Of a stretch of 53,515 bases of DNA, positions 18,814 through 27,849 are shown one piece after another. The first letter of the stretch is position 1. Each line of letters begins with the position of its first letter. Below the pieces are notes generated by a model. That model saw only the letters and a program-made list of their open reading frames with translations, did not search any database and was not told the DNA's origin. The DNA lies in NCBI GenBank assembly GCA_025357795.1, contig JANYLN010000182.1:1-53515 (forward strand), written 5' to 3'. A program made the position numbers and the translations under genes. The stretch comes from Planctomycetota bacterium (GTDB lineage Bacteria; Planctomycetota; Phycisphaerae; UBA1845; JANYLN01).

Positions 18814-19020
18814 CCGAACGCCCTTTCATCTTGACAGGAATCCCAGCCTGCTATGGCAGGCTGCATCCGAAGTCCGCGTATCCTGTAAGCGCGCAGGGCT
18901 TAATGCAAGTGCGGGCCGGTACTTGCCGCGCGTGGCCGAGCTGGTATCGTAAGCATCGTCGTCCGCTGGGTTTCGTATCGGACAAGTCCAAAAGGTTGAC
19001 CTTGCAGGAGGCTGCCGATC

Positions 19021-21006
19021 GTGATCACCATGGCTCATGTCCGTACCTGTTGTGCCGTGCTCGCTAGTGCCATCCTGGCCATGGGTTGGGCCGGATCTCT
19101 GCAGGCCGCCGTCTACTCGCCCAGGATAACCTCCGAGCACGTGGCCGACTGCTCGAGCCTCGAAGCCTTTGCCAAGTACCCGGCCTGGAAGGACTTGAAA
19201 GGCCAGGACCGCGCCCTGGCGATCTGGAAGTACTTCGTCGGCACCGAAACCGGCGTGTTCCATTACAACCCGATCCAGGAGGGCCTCGACCCGCAGATGT
19301 GGGAGTACCGCCTGATCCGCGATCCGGTCAAGATGCTAAACGTCTACGGCTACGGCTTCTGCGGCCTGTTCGGCCCGACGACCGCCGGCCTGTTCGAGGG
19401 CGCCGGCTTCGAAAAGGCCCGCGCGGTGAGCATCCCCGCCGCCGCCCACAGCGTCACAGAACTCTGGTACGACAACGATTGGCACTACTACGACACCGAC
19501 CTGCGTGGCGTGGTCTTCCGCCGGGATGGCAAGACCGTCGCCAATATCCAGGACCTGCTGGATGACCCGACGCTCTGGACCGAGCCGAGCCGCAAATTCG
19601 ACCCCTTCTTCCCCGACGACAAGGACTTAGGCCAACTCGCGAAAAGCTACAAGGCCAAGCCCGTCGAGTATGTCTATCACTGGCAGATGGGCGGCTCGAC
19701 GATGGACTACCGCCTCCGCAAGGGCGAGAGTCTGACTCGCTGGTGGCACCCGCGGGGCGGCCACTGGGCGCATCACCCCGAAGACGCCCAAACCGAGTTC
19801 TGGCAGAACCTCATCAAGAAGGAACCCTATGGCGCCAAGGGCAATCACCCAGCCTTTTCGATTTGGACCCACGGCAACGGCCTGTTCGACTTTAACCCGG
19901 TCCTTCGCAAAGGTTGCGGCGATTTCGAAGATGGCGTCTTCGATCGCAGGAACGTCCAACTGACTGACAAGGGCCTGGTTCCCGCAGGCGACGGATCCGC
20001 CGAAGTCGTCTGGGAGGTCCTCTCGCCCTATGTGATCGTGCCGCAGGTCAACAATCTGGCCGACCCCAAGGACGATAAGGAAGCCTCGGTCGTTACCTTC
20101 AAATCGTCGGGGGAGGTCAAGGTCTCGCTGTCTCTGGACTTCGGCCGGTCCTACACCGAGATCAAGGGCGTAACCGAGCCTGGCGAGACGTCGATCGACC
20201 TCACGCCGCATCTGCCGGGCGGCCGCTACCAATATCTGGTGAAGTTCACCCTGGCTGGTGGCTCTCTCGAATCGCTCCGCATTCGCACCTGGGTGCAGGT
20301 CGCCCCGATCTCGTTGCCCCGGCTCAAGAAAGGGCTCAATCACCTGCAGTACGCTACGGGCGACAAGCGAGGCTTCAACACTGTCCCCTGGATGGAAATC
20401 CCCAACATGGATGACAGCCAGGAGATGGCTCGCTACTGGGGCGAAAAGCCCAAGGATTACGACCCGAAGCGGTGGACCACCCGGCTCAAGGGCGAAGGGG
20501 ACCTCGTCTTCACCGCCCCGCCCGGCCGGCAGATCCAGTGGATGAGCCTGGGCGGCTTCTTCAACGCCTACCAGGGCAAGGAGGCCCCCAAGACCCGCAA
20601 CGAGATCTGGTATGCCACCGGCGATTCGGACAGCTGGATGCTCGCCAATCGATCGAACGTGCCGGAGTGGCACTCGCACTGGCACTACGCTTACGACAAG
20701 GAGGTCCCGCTCGTACGCCCGGTCGAGAAGATCCGGGTGAAGTTCATCGGTAACCCTGGGGTCAACGGCATCCGAGTGAACCTGCACGCCGTCCAGCCGG
20801 ACGAGAAGCCCGACACTGCCATCGTGGTCACCCACGCCTTCAAGATGGACGGCAAGGTCCAGGAAAAGCGCTTCACGCTGGACAAACCGAAGGGCTACAC
20901 GATCGATTGCCCGTCCGATCCCGAGGACATCTCGATCAAGCTGGAAGTGCCAGGGCAATCGCATGTACACCTAACAACAGGCGAACATGATAGCCCATTC
21001 CCATAG
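19021..21006 (+). CDS. Secreted transglutaminase-like (Cys-His-Asp core) protein with a large uncharacterised C-terminal region
   Basis: The signal peptide is CCAVLASAILAMGWAGSLQA (GTG at 19021, ATG at 19030). YGYGFCGLFGPTTAGLFEGAGFEKARAVSIPAAAHSVTELWYDNDWHYYDTD has the C...H...D spacing of transglutaminase-like cysteine protease cores. Confidence 0.55.
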   Translation: MITMAHVRTCCAVLASAILAMGWAGSLQAAVYSPRITSEHVADCSSLEAFAKYPAWKDLKGQDRALAIWKYFVGTETGVFHYNPIQEGLDPQMWEYRLIRDPVKMLNVYGYGFCGLFGPTTAGLFEGAGFEKARAVSIPAAAHSVTELWYDNDWHYYDTDLRGVVFRRDGKTVANIQDLLDDPTLWTEPSRKFDPFFPDDKDLGQLAKSYKAKPVEYVYHWQMGGSTMDYRLRKGESLTRWWHPRGGHWAHHPEDAQTEFWQNLIKKEPYGAKGNHPAFSIWTHGNGLFDFNPVLRKGCGDFEDGVFDRRNVQLTDKGLVPAGDGSAEVVWEVLSPYVIVPQVNNLADPKDDKEASVVTFKSSGEVKVSLSLDFGRSYTEIKGVTEPGETSIDLTPHLPGGRYQYLVKFTLAGGSLESLRIRTWVQVAPISLPRLKKGLNHLQYATGDKRGFNTVPWMEIPNMDDSQEMARYWGEKPKDYDPKRWTTRLKGEGDLVFTAPPGRQIQWMSLGGFFNAYQGKEAPKTRNEIWYATGDSDSWMLANRSNVPEWHSHWHYAYDKEVPLVRPVEKIRVKFIGNPGVNGIRVNLHAVQPDEKPDTAIVVTHAFKMDGKVQEKRFTLDKPKGYTIDCPSDPEDISIKLEVPGQSHVHLTTGEHDSPFP

Positions 21007-21095
21007 AAGATTTACTTTTCAGGGGTTTTGATACCCCAAGTGGGGTGGTAAGCCCATGAAAATCTGCCGCTTTTCTTCACATGCGATTGCCCTGG
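20950..21095. repeat. 146-bp unit bounded by a perfect 17-bp inverted repeat (ccagggcaatcgcatgt / acatgcgattgccctgg)
   Basis: The arms are at 20950-20966 and 21079-21095. The interior is visibly lower in GC and contains small hairpins. The unit spans the stop codon of the preceding gene (21004-21006). Confidence 0.6.
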
Positions 21096-21222
21096 GAAGC
21101 GGCAGGACAGGGGGCGCCTGCGTTGTACGCGATGGCGGTTGTCGGTAGACTATATATTGGTCCCCGAGACAGGCTCCGGGATGCCTATACCCTTGCCAGG
21201 CAACATCGCCGCGGTTGGCTGA

Positions 21223-22239
21223 ATGAGCATCAATGCCAGTCTTGTTGAGAGTCCAGATGTTTCCATGAAGTCCTGGAGGCGCTGGATCGTTCGCGCTGTG
21301 CTCCTGCTGGCCGGGATCATGTGCGTTTACATTGGCGTGACGGTCTGGGCGGTCCGGGGCGACCTGCACCGCGCCCTGACCCAGTTGCCTGTTAGCGTGC
21401 TGCCCAGCATGGTGGGCATCGTGCTGGTCGGGATCGGCCTGCGGGCGGTTCGCTGGCAGTACTATGTCCGCCGGTTGAAGTGGGACGTGCCGCTACACCA
21501 TAGCCTGCTGGCGTTTGTGGCGAGTTTCGCGTTTACCGCCACGCCGGGCAAGGCAGGCGAACTGGTCAAATCGGTGCTGCTGCGAGAACGTCATAACGTG
21601 CCGGTGGCGGATGGGGTGGGTGTGCTACTGGTCGAGCGTCTGGGGGACCTGCTGGCGGTGATCGTGCTTGCGGCCGGCGGGTTGGCGATGCTGGCTGATG
21701 CCTGGATTTACTTTGCCGGGGCGGCACTGTTTGTGGCGGCGATCACCGCGTTCGTCAGCAGCCGGCGGATCTATGAGCCGGTCCTGACCCGGTTGGCGAA
21801 GCTGCCGGTGCTGTCCCGCGTTGCCCTGAAGGTCCTGGGGCCGCTGCGAACGGGGGAGGCCTTGTTGCGGCCTGGCCCGTTCCTGGTCGGCGTCGGAATT
21901 GCCGTGCTAGCCTGGGGATGCGAGGGCTGGGCGATGCACATCCTGCTGCGGTCACTGGATATTCCGACGGACTTCCTGCGGTCCTGCGCGATTTTCGGCA
22001 TCGCCACGCTGGTGGGCGCGCTGTCTGCGATGCCGGGCGGGCTGGGCGGTTTCGAGGTGATCATGGTCCTGCTGCTATCGCGGCAGGGCCTGTCGGTGGC
22101 GGCGGCGACGCTGCCCGTGGTCGTCTTCCGGTTCTGCACCCTCTGGCTGAGCAGCGTGCTGGGCCTGGTGTGCATGCTGGGCTGGTTGTCCTTCGTGTCC
22201 AAACCCGACAGGGTCGAAATATCCGAGCAAAGTCCATGA
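21223..22239 (+). CDS. Flippase-like / lysylphosphatidylglycerol-synthase-TM-region (UPF0104) family membrane protein
   Basis: 338 aa with ~8 TM helices. The GLRAVRWQYY motif after TM2 and the K..GE.VK motif are typical of this family. An alternative start is at 21265 (MKSWRRW). The stop overlaps the next ATG (ATGA). Confidence 0.7.
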   Translation: MSINASLVESPDVSMKSWRRWIVRAVLLLAGIMCVYIGVTVWAVRGDLHRALTQLPVSVLPSMVGIVLVGIGLRAVRWQYYVRRLKWDVPLHHSLLAFVASFAFTATPGKAGELVKSVLLRERHNVPVADGVGVLLVERLGDLLAVIVLAAGGLAMLADAWIYFAGAALFVAAITAFVSSRRIYEPVLTRLAKLPVLSRVALKVLGPLRTGEALLRPGPFLVGVGIAVLAWGCEGWAMHILLRSLDIPTDFLRSCAIFGIATLVGALSAMPGGLGGFEVIMVLLLSRQGLSVAAATLPVVVFRFCTLWLSSVLGLVCMLGWLSFVSKPDRVEISEQSP

Positions 22240-23021
22240 GCGATTACCCCCGAGTGGATCGTTTTGAGTCCGCCACGGTCATCCTGCCGGTGATGAACGA
22301 GACAACGTCGCTCGACGAGACGGTGCAGATCCTCCTGCGGGACGTCAGGGACGATATGAAGGAGATTCTGATTGTCGTCTGCAAGCGGACCACGCCCGAG
22401 TCGATGTCCGTGATCAAGCAGCTCCAGGAACACCTGGGCGACCTGATCGTCGTGCACAACCAGACGCTGCCGTTTCTGGGCGGGGCGATGCGAGAGGCGT
22501 TCGATCTGGCGCGGGGCAGCCACGTGGTCATGATGGCCAGCGATATGGAGACCGACCCCAACGACGTGCGGGTCCTGATCGCAGAGGCGAAGAAGAACCC
22601 CTCTAGCATCGTGACCGCCAGTCGCTGGCTCAAGGGCGGCTCGTTTGAGGGTTACTCCAAGGTCAAGTTGATCTGCAACTGGATCTTCCAGCGGTCGTTC
22701 TCGCTGCTGTACGGGACCCGGCTGACCGACATGACCTACGCCTACCGGATCTTCTCGACTCGGCTGGTGCAGGCCATCCAGTGGGAAGAGTTGCGCCACC
22801 CGCTCCTGTTTGAGACGCTGATCAAGCCTCTGCGGCTCGGCGTACCGGTCATTGAGATCCCGTCCGCCTGGAAGGCTCGTGTGGAAGGCGAGAGCCAGAA
22901 CCCGTTCTTCCGCAACTTTGCTTATTTCCGTACCGGCCTCAAGACCCGTTTTTCCAGCAAGCGGGCGATCCTCAAGCCTGTGCGCGAGGGTGCTTCCAAG
23001 AAAGATTCCGTGTGTGCGTGA
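22236..23021 (+). CDS. Glycosyltransferase family 2 (polyprenol-phosphate sugar synthase / DPM1-like)
   Basis: It has ATVILPVMNETTSL at the N-terminus, GGAMREAFDLARGSHVVMMASDMETDP (a DxD-like motif) and a soluble ~260-aa architecture. There is a 4-nt overlap with the upstream gene. Confidence 0.85.
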   Translation: MSDYPRVDRFESATVILPVMNETTSLDETVQILLRDVRDDMKEILIVVCKRTTPESMSVIKQLQEHLGDLIVVHNQTLPFLGGAMREAFDLARGSHVVMMASDMETDPNDVRVLIAEAKKNPSSIVTASRWLKGGSFEGYSKVKLICNWIFQRSFSLLYGTRLTDMTYAYRIFSTRLVQAIQWEELRHPLLFETLIKPLRLGVPVIEIPSAWKARVEGESQNPFFRNFAYFRTGLKTRFSSKRAILKPVREGASKKDSVCA

Positions 23022-23034
23022 TTAAGAGAGTAAT

Positions 23035-23961
23035 ATGAAAAAAGTCATCGTAACTACGACCATTAACGGGCCGACCAAGGCAATCGAACGGTTCCAGTCC
23101 CTCAAGGATTGGGATCTGGTGGTCATCGGCGATCTGAAGACCCCGAAGGACTACCACCTCGACCGCGGGGTCTATGTCACGCCGGCTGAGCAGGAGAAGT
23201 ACGACAAGGCCCTCTCCGACACAATCGGCTGGAATTGCATCCAACGGCGCAGCTTCGGCTTGCTGTGGGCACACGACATGAAGGCCGACGTCGTCGCGGT
23301 GGTCGATGACGACAACATCCCGCTGGACGTTGAGAGTTGGGGCAAGGACCTGCTCATCGGCAGGGATGTCGAGGTCGATTATTATGAGACCGACCTGCCC
23401 GCCTTCGACCCGGTCGGCGCGACGAATCACTCGAATATCTGGCATCGCGGCTACCCGCTGCAGCTGCTGCCCAAGCGGCAGTACGGCAAGAAGGTCCGCC
23501 GGACGATCCGCCCCGACGTCCAGGCAGACTTCTGGAACGGCGACCCGGACATCGACGCCATCTGTCGGATGGAGCACGCCCCGGACTGCAACTTCGACCC
23601 GAAGTGCTTCCCGATGACCGCGAACAAAATGGGGCCATTCAACTCCCAGAACACGTTCCTGGCCGGCAAGTGGCTGGAGCACTACTTCCTGTTCCCGCAC
23701 ATTGGCCGGATGGACGACATCTGGGCCGCATATTACGTGCAGGCCAAGGGTTGCCGCGTGGTCTGGAACAAGGCTTCGGTCTTCCAGGACCGGAACGTTC
23801 ACGACCTGGTTCGGGACATGCGGCAGGAATACGTGGGGTACGAGAATAACCTGAATCTCGTCAAGGACCTGGCATGCGACCCCGAGTCGATCCTGGCGTA
23901 TCTGCCGGGTCGGTCCGCCTGGGCATTCCAGCTGTACCGGAGGCATTTCAACCATGCGTAA
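23035..23961 (+). CDS. STELLO/DUF288-like (GT75-related) putative glycosyltransferase
   Basis: VIVTTTINGPTKAIERFQSLKDWDLVVIGDLKTPKDY...VYVTPAEQ...RRSFGLLWA...VVAVVDDDNIP parallels the DUF288/STELLO pattern as I recall it: TT..PT, GW.LVVVGDKKTP.DW, YLS.E.Q, DDDN. Confidence 0.6.
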   Translation: MKKVIVTTTINGPTKAIERFQSLKDWDLVVIGDLKTPKDYHLDRGVYVTPAEQEKYDKALSDTIGWNCIQRRSFGLLWAHDMKADVVAVVDDDNIPLDVESWGKDLLIGRDVEVDYYETDLPAFDPVGATNHSNIWHRGYPLQLLPKRQYGKKVRRTIRPDVQADFWNGDPDIDAICRMEHAPDCNFDPKCFPMTANKMGPFNSQNTFLAGKWLEHYFLFPHIGRMDDIWAAYYVQAKGCRVVWNKASVFQDRNVHDLVRDMRQEYVGYENNLNLVKDLACDPESILAYLPGRSAWAFQLYRRHFNHA

Positions 23962-24931
23962 GATCCTGATCACCGGGGCAGCCGGGTTTGTCGGTCGGCA
24001 CTTCGTGCGTCGCTTCCTCGAGGCCGGCGACGAGGTCCACGCCGTCGACCCCATCGCCGAGTACACCGGCGGCATCGACCCGGCCGCGGGCTGGCCGCTG
24101 TTCGACCCGCGCCAGTTCGGCAACTTCCGCTTCTACAAGGAGGATTGCCGCACGTGGTTCGACCGGGTGAAGGACCCCGACTTCGACTACACGCTGCACC
24201 TGGCGGCGATGGTCGGCGGTCGGCTGATGATCGAGAACAATCCGCTGGCAGTCGCGGATGACCTTGCCATCGACGCCGCGTACTGGCAGTGGGCGAAGGT
24301 CGCCAAGCCGAAGAAGTCCGTCTGCTTCAGTTCCAGCGCGGCGTATCCCATCAAGCTGCAGCGGCCGACGGGCTACGTGCTGCTCAAGGAGGACATGATC
24401 TCCTTCGAGGACGACATCGGCATGCCCGACATGAGTTACGGCTGGGCGAAGCTGACGTGCGAGTACCTGGCACGGCTGGCGTATGAGAAACACGGCCTGA
24501 AGTCCATCTGCTATCGGCCCTTCAGCGGCTATGGCGAGGACCAGGACGATGCCTATCCGTTCCCGAGCATCTGCAAGCGGGCCCTGAAGGAAAAGGGCGC
24601 AAAGACGGTGTACGTCTGGGGTAGCGGCACGCAGATGCGCGACTTCATTCACATCGAGGATTGTGTGGATGGCGTGCTGACCACGATGGACAAGATCGAC
24701 AACGGCGAGGCCCTGAACCTCTCGACGGGTATCTTCACGAGTTTCATCGAGTTCGCCCGCCTAGCGGCCGAGGTCGCGGGTTATTGCCCGGAAGTGAAGG
24801 GCATGTCCGATAAGCCGGCTGGCGTACACGCCCGCGGCGGCGACACGACTAAGCAGCAGCAACTGGGGTTCCGGTACAAGGTTGACTTCCGCACGGGTAT
24901 CGAGCGGGCGCTGAAGTACTACTCGCGCTGA
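23954..24931 (+). CDS. NAD-dependent nucleotide-sugar epimerase/dehydratase (extended SDR)
   Basis: It has ILITGAAGFVGRH (Rossmann GxxGxxG) and the MSYGWAKLTCE (YxxxK) catalytic motif. There is an 8-nt overlap with the upstream gene. Confidence 0.85.
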   Translation: MRKILITGAAGFVGRHFVRRFLEAGDEVHAVDPIAEYTGGIDPAAGWPLFDPRQFGNFRFYKEDCRTWFDRVKDPDFDYTLHLAAMVGGRLMIENNPLAVADDLAIDAAYWQWAKVAKPKKSVCFSSSAAYPIKLQRPTGYVLLKEDMISFEDDIGMPDMSYGWAKLTCEYLARLAYEKHGLKSICYRPFSGYGEDQDDAYPFPSICKRALKEKGAKTVYVWGSGTQMRDFIHIEDCVDGVLTTMDKIDNGEALNLSTGIFTSFIEFARLAAEVAGYCPEVKGMSDKPAGVHARGGDTTKQQQLGFRYKVDFRTGIERALKYYSR

Positions 24932-24967
24932 GACGCTTGCAGATAGTGGACGATTTCTGATAACAAA

Positions 24968-25000
24968 CGAGCCTGGCGGCACGTTGTGCCGCCAGGCTCG
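24968..25000. terminator. Hairpin between convergent genes (epimerase and GH4)
   Basis: cgagcctggcggca / tgccgccaggctcg form a 14-bp perfect stem with a 5-nt loop. On the minus strand it is followed by tttgttatc, 28 nt after the GH4 stop. Confidence 0.6.
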
Positions 25001-25027
25001 TGGCTTCCTGCCTGGTTGGACGCGGGT

Positions 25028-26413
25028 CTACTTCGCCGGCGTCCAGTACTTTTCGTTGACCTTCCAGAGGCGGTCGGCAAGCGTGTCGACCGTGTTGAAC
25101 TCCTGCAGCAGCGGGTCCAATAAAAGGGCTTCCAGGAAGGCCTGTTTGTCCTTTTCGACGGCGGCCTTGAGGGCGAGCTGGTTCTGGCAGACCTTGGGCA
25201 TCATGATGCCCAGGGCGAACGGGCTGAGCGGCGCGAACTGGATCGGCTGCATCCCGCGCGGGGTTATGTGACAGGTCAGCTCCAGATTGCAGTCGGCGGG
25301 GAGGTTGGGCACGGCGCCGCCATTGGTCATGTTCATGTGCAGTTCGCTGGCGTTGACGAAGCCCTTGTTCTCCATCCCGGAGACGATGTCGACGATATTT
25401 TCGGTCGAGTAGGCGTGCATGTCGGGGATGAGCTTGTCAGCCGGGGCGTAGGCCCAGCCTGCCACGGTGTCGTAGAACCACTTGTGGCGTTTGCGGCGGG
25501 CGTTGGCGTCGTGCAGCCGCTTGTCCAGGCCGTAGAGGTTCTTGCCGTCCTTGAAGGCGTGTTTGGCCAGGAACCACGGCACGAACTCGATGAAGTGGTG
25601 GTCGCCGTTGTTGGGCAGGAGCTTCGTCATGCGGAAGAATTCAAAGGCCTGCTCGGATTCGTCCATGCCGCCTGTGGCGGGGTCGACGTAGCCCTTCTTC
25701 ATCGCGTCGCGGGTCTTTTCGATCAGATCGTCCATTGGGATGGTGCGGCCCTGGACCTCGACCCTCGTAATCAGGCCGAAGTGGTTCACGCCGACGACGT
25801 CGACGCAGACCTCGTTGCGCTTCACGCCATAGACCTTGGCGATCTGCTTGACCTGGCCTTCGGTGCCGTGGCAAATGCCGATGCAGGGGATCTTTGTGAA
25901 CTTGTTGACCGCGTGGGTCAGGACGGCCATCGGGTTGGTGACCGACAGCATCGGGGCGTTGGGGCAGTAGCGTTCCATGTCGCAGGCGATGTCGAGCATG
26001 AGCGGGACCATGCGAAGGCAGCGGGCGACGCACATCGGGCCGATGGTGTCGCCTACGGTGTGGCGGATGCCATAGTCCTGGCAGATCAGATCTTCCTGTT
26101 CGGCGGCGTCCATCCCGCCTACGAGGACGGAGACGACGACATAGTCCGCGGCGTCCAGGGCCTCAGCGCGGCTCGTGGCCTTGAAGACCCGCACGCCGGA
26201 GTTGTTCTCGCGGATCATCCGCCTGATGACGTCGTATTCGAGGTTCATCGGCGCGGGATCGATGTCGTACAGGTAGACGTCGGTGTTTTCCAGGTGGGTC
26301 ACGCCGGAGAGCTTCCTGGAGATGATGAAGTCGCGCACCGCCTGGTGGACGAACTTGAAGCTGGCTCCGATAAAAGACACTTTACGCTGCTTGCCGTCGA
26401 GATTTCGCAGCAT
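25028..26413 (-). CDS. Glycoside hydrolase family 4 (NAD/Mn-dependent alpha-glucosidase/alpha-galactosidase/6-phospho-glycosidase type)
   Basis: The start is at 26413 (MLRNLDGKQRKVSFIGAS...). LSVTNPMAVLTHAVNKFTKIPCIGICHG is the GH4 NP....T...../GlCH metal and active-site block. The 857-aa ORF-track entry is an antisense-driven upstream extension. Confidence 0.85.
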   Translation of the reverse strand: MLRNLDGKQRKVSFIGASFKFVHQAVRDFIISRKLSGVTHLENTDVYLYDIDPAPMNLEYDVIRRMIRENNSGVRVFKATSRAEALDAADYVVVSVLVGGMDAAEQEDLICQDYGIRHTVGDTIGPMCVARCLRMVPLMLDIACDMERYCPNAPMLSVTNPMAVLTHAVNKFTKIPCIGICHGTEGQVKQIAKVYGVKRNEVCVDVVGVNHFGLITRVEVQGRTIPMDDLIEKTRDAMKKGYVDPATGGMDESEQAFEFFRMTKLLPNNGDHHFIEFVPWFLAKHAFKDGKNLYGLDKRLHDANARRKRHKWFYDTVAGWAYAPADKLIPDMHAYSTENIVDIVSGMENKGFVNASELHMNMTNGGAVPNLPADCNLELTCHITPRGMQPIQFAPLSPFALGIMMPKVCQNQLALKAAVEKDKQAFLEALLLDPLLQEFNTVDTLADRLWKVNEKYWTPAK

Positions 26414-26620
26414 CTGCAGGGTCTCCTGTGGGTTCGGCCAGCGGATGTCGCCGCTGGCGGCACGTCGATTCGCCGTGTCAAGGTAGCAGGTGGCGCGATC
26501 CGTGGCAAGCGATGAGATTTGCTGGGGGAGCCTGTTTTGCTGCGTGCAGGACCGGCAGGTACAATGGCCTGCGCATGGGGTGCCAGCGGGGAGTTCAAGA
26601 TATTGAGAGGTGTAGCTGCA

Positions 26621-27808
26621 ATGGCGGAGATGCGGGAGTTGCGGATCGGCGTGATCGGGGCGGGCGGTCGGGGCAATCTGGCGAGGCATGCGCACAAGCC
26701 GGAGCAGGGCGTGCGGGTGGTCGCGGGGGCGGATCTGGACCCGGCGGCGTTGGAGAAGTGCAAGGAGTGGTACGGGCCTGAGTTCTTCGGGACCAAGGAC
26801 TACTGCCAAGTGCTGGCCCGGCCTGACATTGAGGCGGTGTTCGTGACCACGCCGGACTTCCTGCATGAAGAGCATGCGGTGGCGGCGTTGGAGGCGGGCA
26901 AGCACGTCTACCTTGAAAAGCCGATGACCATCACGATCGAGGGCTGCGACCGGGTGTTGCGGACGGCGTACGAGCGCGGTCTTAAGCTCTATTGTGGCCA
27001 CAACATGCGGCACATGGCCTTCACTCGCAAGATGCGGGAGCTGGTCCAGAAGGGGGCCATTGGCGAGCCCAAGACCGGTTGGTGTCGGCACTTCGTCTGT
27101 TATGGCGGGGACGCGTACTTCAAGGATTGGCACGCGGAGCGGAAGTACGGTACGGGCCTGCTGTTGCAGAAGGGGGCTCACGATATCGACATTCTGCACT
27201 GGCTGTGCGGCGGGTACTCGCAGCGGGTGACGGCGATGGGCAACCTGACGGTCTACAACCAGATCGCGAACAAGCGCAAGCCCGGCGAGGAGCCGAACAC
27301 GGGCTGGCATCCGGAGAACTGGCCACCACTTACGCAAAAGGGCCTCAACCCGATCATCGACGTCGAGGACCTGTCGATGATGCTGATGTTGCTGGACAAC
27401 GGAGTGCTGGCGAGCTACCAGCAATGTCACTACGCCCCGGACGGGTGGCGTAATTACACTATTATAGGAACCGAAGGTCGCATCGAGAACGTCAACGACT
27501 ACCATGGCCATACGGTGATCCGGCTGTGGAACCGGCGGACGCACTTTAACCCCTATGGCGACGAGCAGTTCTATGTCGGGACGACGTCGTCGGGCAGCCA
27601 TGGTGGGGCGGACGAGAACATCGTCGCGGAGTTCGTGCGGTACGTCCGGGAGGGCGGGAAGATTGCGACCTCGCCGATTGCCGCACGTGCTGCAGTGGCC
27701 GCGGGTTGCCAGGCGACGGCGTCGCTACGGAACGGCTCGCAGCCGCAGGATGTGCCGGCTGTGGATGCGAAGATCCGGGAGTATTTTGACAAGGATCTGG
27801 AGTCGTAA
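26621..27808 (+). CDS. Gfo/Idh/MocA family NAD(P)-dependent oxidoreductase
   Basis: The ATG at 26621 is preceded by gagagg. Motifs are LRIGVIGAGGRGN (Rossmann), VFVTTPDFLHEEHAVAALEAGKHVYLEKP (family signature EKP) and GHNMRH. Confidence 0.85.
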   Translation: MAEMRELRIGVIGAGGRGNLARHAHKPEQGVRVVAGADLDPAALEKCKEWYGPEFFGTKDYCQVLARPDIEAVFVTTPDFLHEEHAVAALEAGKHVYLEKPMTITIEGCDRVLRTAYERGLKLYCGHNMRHMAFTRKMRELVQKGAIGEPKTGWCRHFVCYGGDAYFKDWHAERKYGTGLLLQKGAHDIDILHWLCGGYSQRVTAMGNLTVYNQIANKRKPGEEPNTGWHPENWPPLTQKGLNPIIDVEDLSMMLMLLDNGVLASYQQCHYAPDGWRNYTIIGTEGRIENVNDYHGHTVIRLWNRRTHFNPYGDEQFYVGTTSSGSHGGADENIVAEFVRYVREGGKIATSPIAARAAVAAGCQATASLRNGSQPQDVPAVDAKIREYFDKDLES

Positions 27809-27849
27809 GCAGTCAGTGCCAGCCGTTGGCCGGCCGTCGCAACAACGGC

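Noticed and set aside
26414-27601. Upstream 396-codon extension of the GH4 ORF (ORF track 25028-27601, 857 aa)
   Set aside because: The extension is antisense to the well-supported Gfo/Idh/MocA gene and has an Arg/Pro/His-rich composition. GH4 homology starts at MLRNLDGKQRKVSFIGAS (26413), which gives a normal ~461-aa enzyme.
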